A stretch of 64,000 nucleotides of DNA from Candidatus Omnitrophota bacterium (GTDB taxonomy: Bacteria > Omnitrophota > Omnitrophia > Omnitrophales > Aquincolibacteriaceae): contig JBDRCT010000049.1 of NCBI GenBank assembly GCA_043821445.1, forward strand, positions 3,872 through 67,871. Reading direction: 5' to 3'. The translations under genes were made by a program, and so were the position numbers. Shown piece after piece: positions 32,160 through 41,200 of the stretch (position 1 is its first letter; every line of letters begins with the position of its first letter). The notes under the pieces are model-generated. The model made no database searches. It was not told where the DNA came from and saw only the letters and a program-made list of their open reading frames with translations.

Positions 32160-32345
32160 ATAAGTGCCGGGCTATCCAATTACTACGGCAAATTATACTC
32201 ACAAAGACCAATAAGGGCATACTTCTTTTTTGGGCCAGAGGACAGCGGCCAAAGTACAACGAGGGATTTTTTTTGTTGCCTCCTGTCCTGGGATCGTTGA
32301 ACTTTGAGCTTTGCGCCTCGCCCTATTTTAAGATATACTTCGGCT

Positions 32346-32903
32346 ATGGAGAATATTTCGATCACTACTGAGTTTACGCCGAATCCGAACTCGCTTAAGT
32401 TCAATGTGAGCATGCCGATCTGCGCGCATGGAACGGTCCATTTTGCGTCCAAAGCCGAGGCGGGGAAATCCCCCCTGGCCGCCAAGCTTTTTGAGATCGA
32501 ACACGTCAAAGAAGTGATGATCGGATCCGATCTCGTAACGGTGACGCGCGATGAAAAAGCGCAGTCCTGGAGCATTTTAATTCCGCGTGTGACCGAGACG
32601 ATACGTGAATTTCTCGTCTGCGGCAAGACGAACCCCGAGGCTTGCGAGCAATGCGCGGATACCACGAATCCTGGTTCTGCGATCGAAAAAAAGATCGTCG
32701 AGATCATCAATGAACAGATCCGGCCGGCCCTTGCCCGGGATGGCGGAGACGCGGTTTTCTGCGGCTTTGCGAACGGTGTCGTAAAACTCCAATTGAAAGG
32801 CGCCTGTTCCGGGTGCCCGAGTGCGACCATGACCCTCAAGATGGGCATCGAAGCTTACCTCAAAGAACGCATCCCCGAAGTCAAAGAAGTCGTTAGGGTG
32901 TAA
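32346..32903 (+). CDS. NifU/Nfu-type Fe-S cluster scaffold (Nfu_N + NifU C-terminal domain)
   Basis: 'FTPNPNSLKF' Nfu_N and 'GGDAVFCGFANGVVKLQLKGACSGCPSATMTLK' CxxC NifU motif. Confidence 0.7.
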   Translation: MENISITTEFTPNPNSLKFNVSMPICAHGTVHFASKAEAGKSPLAAKLFEIEHVKEVMIGSDLVTVTRDEKAQSWSILIPRVTETIREFLVCGKTNPEACEQCADTTNPGSAIEKKIVEIINEQIRPALARDGGDAVFCGFANGVVKLQLKGACSGCPSATMTLKMGIEAYLKERIPEVKEVVRV

Positions 32904-32904
32904 C

Positions 32905-32990
32905 TTTCAGAAGCAAGAGGCATAGAAGCTAAGAGGCAAAGAAAATCTATGCTTCTTGTTTCTCTGCTTCTTCCGTCGGTTATGTGAATT
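32905..32990 (+). terminator. hairpin terminator-like element (paralog of 31190-31275)
   Basis: AGAAGCAAGAGGCATAGAAG...CTATGCTTCTTGTTTCTCTGCTTCTT imperfect palindrome after NifU-like stop. Confidence 0.35.
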
Positions 32991-33292
32991 CAACCTTCCT
33001 TGATTTGGCCGATACTTTAAAGACAAAAAATCCACTTTAGGGGGGAATATGGCTAAAAAAGTTTTCAGGAAACTTTCTACGAGCAAGGTCACGACGTTCA
33101 AAATCCGTAACCGGCGCGGCTATGCTGCGATCTTCATGAATAATCTTACCGAGGGGAAAACGGTGGGAATTGCCCTGGCGCGTATGGCCAAAGCTGCGAA
33201 GCGGATGGGGTATCTTCTTGCGTAAGGAGCACGGAGTACGGTGTCTTGCGAGTTCTTCGCCGTATGCCGTACCCCGTACTTGTTTCTAGCTT

Positions 33293-33462
33293 CTAGCGGC
33301 CGCTGGCATCCTTGCGCTTTGCGAAGCAATCCTTGCAATAGACCGGACGGTCTTCTCTCGGCTTGAAAGGAACTTCGCATTCCTTTTTGCATTCACCGCA
33401 GATCGCCTTGTGCATCTCACGCGGCGCGCCTCCGAAACCACGGCCTTCTCCTTGAAACCCCA
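33293..33462 (-). CDS. small zinc-ribbon protein (CxxC...CxxC)
   Basis: 56 aa 'CGECKKECEVPF...YCKDCFAKRK'; strong RBS GGAGGAG 7 nt upstream of ATG. Confidence 0.45.
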
Positions 33463-33568
33463 TGTTATCTCCTCCTGTTGGCACTGATGTCAGTGCAGTT
33501 GTGGGAAAAAATTCCCGAAAAACCATAACTTTGTTGAAAATCGCAGGAGAGCCTCAAAGGCCTCCGCG

Positions 33569-34048
33569 TTACGACCGGGGACCTTTCCGGTGGCGAAAAA
33601 AAGGCTTGTCGCCGTGACCGAATCCGCGGGGTCCTGCGCCCGGCTTCCGGTCAAAAGGCCTCTCCTGGCCAAAGCTTCTTTCTCTTGGGCGGTCCTGTGA
33701 GAATCCACCTTCGCGTGCCCGGTCCTTTGAAAAACCGCCTTCCCTGGGACGGCCATGCGAAAATCCGCCTTCCCTGGGGCGATCATGAGAAAAACCCTCT
33801 TTCCGTGGACCGCGGTTAAAGTTCCCCTTGCCGTGATGGGCCCCGCCCCCAAAGGAAGGGCGGAAGGGTTTTGAAAACCGCTTCTCCCTGTCCCCGAACG
33901 GTCTTTCCGGTGACTGTCCGATCAAGATATCTATTTTCTTCTCAAGAAAGTTCAGCTGCTGTTGCATCTTTTTGATCAGAGACACAACATCGGCGTCGGT
34001 CTGCAGGGGAACGGAGAGTGCCTCATTTTCTTCTGAATGTTCACTCAT
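33569..34048 (-). CDS. coiled-coil + RG/RGG-repeat low-complexity protein
   Basis: N-terminal heptad region then ~11-aa tandem repeats 'REGGFS[HKQ][DG]R[PA]' (nt ~33690-33830). Confidence 0.45.
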   Translation of the reverse strand: MSEHSEENEALSVPLQTDADVVSLIKKMQQQLNFLEKKIDILIGQSPERPFGDREKRFSKPFRPSFGGGAHHGKGNFNRGPRKEGFSHDRPREGGFSHGRPREGGFSKDRAREGGFSQDRPRERSFGQERPFDRKPGAGPRGFGHGDKPFFRHRKGPRS

Positions 34049-34117
34049 GTTGCTTGGGCTCCTTTGGGTCCGGGTTTGTACTTTATGAGAGGGACAGGCG
34101 TGTGATCTCTGCAGTTC

Positions 34118-34717
34118 TTAATCTTCTCCGGCAAGCGACAAAGCCGAAAGGACCGAAGGGTTGATCCTCGACGTAGGTCCCAGGTTCTTGAGGACCTTGT
34201 CCGCCGCTTTTTTCAAAGTCGTTTTGAATACGCAAGAAAGTTCTCCCACGAGACCTTTCGCCGAACGTTCGAGCGCCTGACGTTTCCTCTGGTCTTTGGC
34301 TTCGAACTTGTCATAAGCAAAGGTTTGAAGGGCCCGCGCCAAACCCCAAGCCTGATCCTGCAGGTGCGGGGAGGAATCGGTTCCCGGATGGCCTTTGCCG
34401 TTCCCGGCCTTCAAATAGTGGAGGATCTTATTTGCTTCCCTGGGCGAAACAAGGCCGTGAAAACCGGAGATTTCAAGGTCGGTCGCCGAAATGACAAAAC
34501 GGGCTTTCATTTTGGTGGCTACTTTCGGCACCAGTGAGTAAGACAGGTCCCCTCGACTAGGCGGGCTTGGCCGGGTCACCCTTTCTACACGGCAAAGGCC
34601 GTGGATCGGGTGGTAAAGCAGATGGCCGTTCTCGATCTTTTCTTTTTTCATAAGCCTCTTTGTGAAGGTTCTGGGTAGATCATTTTTTCGAGAGGTTTCA
34701 CGCATGACTTCATCCAA
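34118..34717 (-). CDS. hypothetical protein, possible CarD/CdnL-like N-terminal (RNAP-interacting) domain
   Basis: 'LLYHPIHGLCRVERV' resembles CarD_TRCF 'VYPHHGVGVIE' motif; weak. Confidence 0.3.
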   Translation of the reverse strand: MDEVMRETSRKNDLPRTFTKRLMKKEKIENGHLLYHPIHGLCRVERVTRPSPPSRGDLSYSLVPKVATKMKARFVISATDLEISGFHGLVSPREANKILHYLKAGNGKGHPGTDSSPHLQDQAWGLARALQTFAYDKFEAKDQRKRQALERSAKGLVGELSCVFKTTLKKAADKVLKNLGPTSRINPSVLSALSLAGED

Positions 34718-35222
34718 GACGGGCTTGTTTCAGTGCTGGCGTCACCTAGGGGATTACCAGGCTCCATTGTGACTGAAGACATTATACACCAGTTTTCCTC
34801 AAAAGGGTTATTTATTCCACGCTCTCTATTTTCTGAAGCAGATGAAAGCGCGTCCCACCCGGCGGGGAGTGCGGAACTGGAAACGGTGAACGAAAAAATG
34901 ATTTTAATGGGTCTGTACTCTCCATTCCCCGTCTTTAAGCGATCAATTCCGTGATCTGTATCGGTGCTCTGATAGCTTTCCTCTATTTGCAAAGCATACC
35001 GTGCTTAAAATTGCTATATCCTGCAACGAATAGGAGGAATATTTCGCGGCATTTTACGGCATTTAATTTTCCACAAAAAAACGAAGAAAAATCATGCCTA
35101 ACCCTTGTAATATCAACATCTGTCAGTTATATTTTTTGTAACTTTTTAAAGACGCGGTATAGAACGATAAAATCTTTTTGGAAATAAGGGGATAGAAGTC
35201 CCTTGATCGAAAGGACCACGGA

Positions 35223-38200
35223 GTGAACCACTCTCGGTTATTTAAAACGCTCATTGCGCTTTTCACCGTTGTCACGTTTTCAACGACAAGCGTGATCTGG
35301 GCTCCGGACAGTTTTGCCGTGGCACAAGCGATCCGTGTTCCGGCTCCTGTTGCTCCCGAAGTTCCCATCCCTTATCAGGCCAAGCTTGATCCCGGCATTC
35401 AATTTTCAATCCCTCAGGAACTTGGGACGCTTCAATATTTCAAGGCCGGCAAAGGCCCGATGGTCGTTCATCTCCAGACCGCGCACGGTCATTATCAAGC
35501 ACAGCAACGGATCAGGGCGCTTCTGCATCATTTGGACAAACAGTATGGTATCAAAACACTCCTCGTAGAAGGCAGCGCGTTCAAGCTCGATCCCTCGATC
35601 CTGAATTTCTTTCCGAAAGATCCCAAGCTCACGCAAAAGGTCAATGACGCGCTCACGAAGCAAGCGCTTGTGAAAGGGCCGGAGCTTTATTTATTGGATG
35701 AGTTAAACGGTAAAACGAGTCCTGCGCCGCAAGCATTCGGCATCGAAAACCTTGAAGCGTACCGCGAAAACGGCCTGTCGTTCATCGATGTCCTGAAAGA
35801 AAAAAAGAAAACGGAGAAATTCCTCGCCTCCATGAACGAAGGGATCGAGCGTCTTTCCGCGGCGTACCTCAATGACGCGCTGAGGAATTATCTGAAGCAG
35901 CTTGAAGGTTTTGAAAAGAACCAGCTCCCGCTTGATGCGTGGCTATCCCTTCTGAAAAAAGAAGCGCTGAAGCGGCTGAAGCTCGATCTGACACAGCCGG
36001 GTTCCCAGCTCGACTGGCCGATGCTCGTTCGCGTTTTTAAGGTGCAGGAGCTTTCTTCAAAATTCGATAAAGATGCGTTCATGAAGGAGCGGACGGAATT
36101 TCTTAAAGTTCTGAAGCGCTTTCTTCCATCATCCTATGCTCAGATCGAGCAACTGCTCGAATCGGAACAGGCCAGCCGGCAATTACCTGCTCCCGAAACA
36201 GGCCTGCTTTTCGAGAACATGGTCAAGGCCCTGCCGCGCGATTTCAATTACGAGGCCTACCCGGACGTTTGTTATTTCGTTGGGCGTCTGCTTCTTCAAA
36301 GCGAATTGAAAGCACCGGAATTGATGCAAGAGGCCGAGAAGCTTTCCTCGAAAGTCGCGGACAAACTTGCCAAGACGCAGGCCGAAAAAAATCTCGTGGC
36401 ACTTCTGAAAGATTACCGGCTGTTGCAGAAGTTGTTCGCGCTAGAGCTCACTCCCGCTGATTATGATCAAATTCTTGGAGCGCGGAAGGCGGATGGTGGA
36501 GGACGATTGAAGCCTTCCAATCTTGTTAAGCAATTGAACGGCGCCATCCTCCATCCTTCATCCGGTATCCAAAGAGTTAAAGACGTTAAATTTACCCACA
36601 TCGCCGAACTTAATCAGTTATTCGACGCGGCCATGAAATTTTACGCCGGAGTGAAAGAGCGCGACGGTTTGATGGAGCAGATGATCGAAAAACGCCTCCG
36701 AGAGACCGGCGCCGGCAAAGTAGCGGTCATTACCGGCGGTTTCCACTCCGAACCATTCAAAAATTATTTTTCGTCGAAGGATTATTCGTACGCTCTTATC
36801 TCGCCGCGGATCACGGAAAGCGATGAAATAGGACATCAGGCGTATGTGGAGAATATGCTGAACTTTGCGCAACATTTACAGCGCAACGCGTCCGCCACAA
36901 TGCGTCGGTCGGATCCGTCCTCCGGCGGACAACGCGCAACGCGCAACGTAAGCAATTCTGCGTTGAGCGCGAGCGAGGCGACAAGAGAACTCGAATTCCT
37001 TTCTGACCCGCAAGTCTTGGTAGGTGATTACGGCATCAACGCCGCCGCCGTGCGCATCGAAGTCCGCAAGATCGTCTCCACCGTCGCCGGAAGGACGGCG
37101 CTGTTACAGACTATAGACCGCAGCCTACAGCCTACAGCAAAAGCTTTGGGTCCTCAGTCCCCGGATTCTGTTCTTCCGTCTGAAAAATCCCGCTCCGAGG
37201 CGAGAGCTGAGAAAAAGCCCGTAACGATTTCACGGAGGTTAATTGTTCTGTGGGGGACCGCAGCGGCAGTGGGCGGTCTATTGGCTATGGCATGCAGGTC
37301 GATTGCTGCACCGAGCGAAGTCAAGCTGGCTGTCAGCATTTCGTCTGCTCCAAACCTCACCCCGGCCGATCTTACCGGGTTTCCCGAAGCACCCAATCTT
37401 TTTACAACGATCTTTAACCCGGGCAGAGCCACGGTGCAGATCCTGGGGGATGATCAGGGACGAGGCATGCACTTTGCTTTTAATACGGGAACCGATGGTT
37501 ATGTGGGTGCAGGACTCGAGTTTTTTTTACCGGGAGTTAAAGATTCGGCAAATTTAAGTTCCTTGAATGAATTGCGTTTTGAGCTTCACGGGAATGTTCC
37601 GGGTGGCAAGGTCAAAATGGATGTCATCGATGCCGATGGCAAGAAGGTTACTGTTTACTTAACCGGTATTTCCACAACGGAAGGAAGAATCTGGCAAATT
37701 CCGGTATCGATCCTTCAGGGCGTTAATATGGTCCGGATCCGCGACATTAATTTTGTGGCGGAAGGACCTCAGAACTTTAGCGGAGAACTCCACGTTAAGT
37801 ACAATAAACCCTCCGCAAGCCGTTCGGAAATGCGCGGGGAGGAACGATTCACGAAAGAACAAATCCAGTCAGCGCTGAAGGATTTTCAACCAACGTGGCT
37901 CGATTATGCGTTTGTCGAGACCGGCGCAAAGCGCAGGATTGACGCCGCCAACTTTCTCGGGGAAACCAAAGACCCTCGCGTTGCTGACGCGTTGATCAAT
38001 GTTTTGAAAAGTGATAAGCATCCCGGTGTTCGAGTCGCGGTCGCCAAAGCTCTCGGCAAAATTACAGATCCCCGTGTTTTTCCGGCACTGAGAGATGTTT
38101 TTGGGAAAGAAAAAAATGACGATGTGTGGTTCACGATCGCGGGAGTCCTTTGGGAGGCAGAAGACCCGTGGATCCACACACGGATGGCCGCTGCTCTCGC

Positions 38201-41200
38201 GGATCATTCCCCCTTTGTCCGGAAAATGGCCGTCCAGTTTTTTGGGGCGAATCATGTAGCCAGTGCCATTTCCATGTTGCGGAATGCTTTAAATGATGAT
38301 TCCGAAGATGTAAGAACAGCTGCCGCGGCGGCTCTCGAATGGATCACGACCACATCGCTAGCAGAGATTTCCCGCTCGGAAATGCGAGAGGTGACAAAAC
38401 CATTGGCCGAGGCGGTTGCCGGGAGGATCCGTTATGCCGCAGCTTTGGGGAAGCCCGGTTCCGGGAAGGGAACCTTACTACAGCGATTTGTTGCGGAACT
38501 GAACCGTCATCTTGACAAAAACCATCCGTACGTGATCTTAAGCACCGGAGATGTTTTTCGGGCGATCGCGGAAAAAGTTGCCGCGAAGAAAGAAGGAAGA
38601 GTCCCGGACCTCCAAAAGGTAGGGATCTTTGAGAGCTTTACCGTCCCGGATTCCGTCATCAGCGCGATGCAGGAAGGGAAAATCATCTCAGATGAGATCA
38701 CGATCGATCTCGTCAATGAAGTTTTACGGCTGGATTTCTTCAAAAAAGCCCGCGGTATTTTCTTTGACGGTTTTCCGCGGTCCGCCGGGCAATTGGCGGC
38801 ATTAGAGCAAGGCAAGATAGGGATCGGGGATAAGCCGCTGGTCATGGATTTTAATTTTATTTTGGACATCGAAGATCAAACCGTGTACAAGCGCGCCGCC
38901 AGCCGTGTTGCCGAAGAAAAACTTGCCGCTGTTCGCGAAAAAAGAGAACCCAAGATCCGCAAGGATGACCTTCCTGAAAGGGTGAAGACGCGGATCGAGG
39001 ATTATGAGTCGGTCACGAGCCCGGCGGTCGAAACGAAGCGCGGTCAACCCGATACCCTCACAATCAATGCCAACGTGAAGCCGATCGACGGCGTTTATGA
39101 AGATTTCCTCCAAGGACTTGACGCGTGGATCGCAATGCACCCCCCTCGCTCGGAAGCGCGGTTCACAGCTGGGGAAGAGGGGATCGTCCGTCGGGCAATG
39201 AAAGATTTGGAGATGGGTTGGTTTGATTCTTTTTTTGAACGCGAGATCGCGACGCCGCGGCGCGTGGCCGCCGTTCAAAGCCTTGATGCGATCAGAGCAT
39301 CTCTGAGGGTTTCCATATTAAGGGATCTTTTGGCGAAAGAGAAAAATGGCGATGTATGGTACGCGATGGCATCCGCTCTTTGGCAAGCAGGGGACCCGTG
39401 GATCCGCCAGCGGACGGTCGCCGCTCTCGGGGAGGACTCCTCCTCTATACGCCAAATGGCCGCCCAACTTCTTGGGGAGAATCATGAAACAAGCGCTTTT
39501 TCCGCGTTGACGGCGGCCTTGAATGATCCTGATGAAAGTGTGCGGGAAGCCGCCTCGGAGGCTCTCGAATGGATCATGACCACATCGCCGGTACTGGCGG
39601 CCCGCTCAGAAGTGAGGGCGAAACTTCAGTCGCCTTTTTTTACATTATCCGGCGAACGAAAGATTGGTGAATCGATCCGCATGGAGAGGATGTGGCCTGA
39701 GATTCATGAAATGAAGATCTTGATCTCACTCCATCGGGGGAAAAACGGGAAATTGCTATTAGATCTATGGACACATACTCCGGTAATTGCCGGGAAGATC
39801 CACACGGATGCGGTCAATTGGGAACTGGACGGTCCCGAGGAGGAGATCCTCGCGGTTTTTCAACGTCTCCGGGAACCCGCGGTACAGCAGCCGTTGCGTG
39901 AAGCCATTGAGCGAGATCTAGAACCAGGTGATTTTTATTCAGAAAATGAAAGGTTTGAAACGAAGCTTACTCCGTGGGTCGAGAAGCTTTTAAATGGGGA
40001 GATCGTTTCCGTCGTTACGGGGCAATCAGATCTCAGTCAGCAGCCTCCAGCAGAAGCTGCCGCGAGAGTTTTAGCCGAAAGCCGCTCCGAGATGAGGCTG
40101 ATGCCGCTGCTGGCGCTTGCGGACGGGAGTGGGCTTGCCGGCGTGATCAGCCAACTGCGTCAAGCCTGGCACGAAAACGCTCTTGTGATCGTTGCGGTCG
40201 GCCTGGGTCTTTGTGAAATAGGTTATTGGGCCTATAGAACGTGGCAGTTAAGGAAAAAGCTTAGCCACTTTCCCAATGCCGTGAAAAGAGTGAAGGATGC
40301 GGTTAGGAGGTTTGCTGAAAAGACAGAAGAGGACGAACGGCGTTCGTCTGCGAATGATCTCGAATCCATTTATGTCGACGGATTTTTGACGCGTATTCTA
40401 TGGCGCAATATTCCGGATTCAAAACTTTTACAGATCGAACAAGAAATCAAAGAAGGTCGGGATCCGGTCCTTCAATTAGTGCCTGACGGGAATGAAGTTC
40501 TAATGGAATGGACGAGACAAGTTCTTGAACTCCGCTCTTCGGCCTATTTTCCGAGTGGCGGCGAGGATCAATACGTCTCATCAGAACCCCAGGGATGGTA
40601 CGGGTCGATTGAAGTCACCGCCGGCGAGCAGTCCCGCTCGGAAGCAAGAGGAACGCCGAAAGGAGGCGATTGGGAAGCCGCGGCGCGGGCCAGGGTATCA
40701 GAAATACAACGAAAAGAGCAAGAGGAGGAGGCCCGGGCGTTGGCTAAGATGGAAGGAGAGCGAGAGGCGATTCGGAGCATGACAACGCCACAGCTTCTTG
40801 CGCTGAAGGAAAGAGAAGTCATGGCGTTCAGCGCGGCACAGATCCAGGCGTTGACGCCTGCGCAGCTTCGTGTGCTGGAAGGGACAGATCAGGAGAAGTG
40901 GCTGAATGCCCGAGCTAATGAATTGCTGGCACAGCAAGCAAAGATTATGAAAAAGTCCCGCTCGGAAGTGAGGGTTTTTGGAAATGATAGGTTCATACCG
41001 CTCATGCGGGCAACGGTACTGTCACTCGCGATAGCAGGCCTCTCGGGATGCGCTCCAGTAATTGCAGGAATTAAAACTATGCCTTTACCTCAAGGCGAGG
41101 AATTGGGTATTCCGTCGCCCCTAACCATTGAAGAATTTCAGGAAGCAATAAACAATATGTTTGATCCCGATTCACCCACTCCACCGGATCTCAGTCTGGC

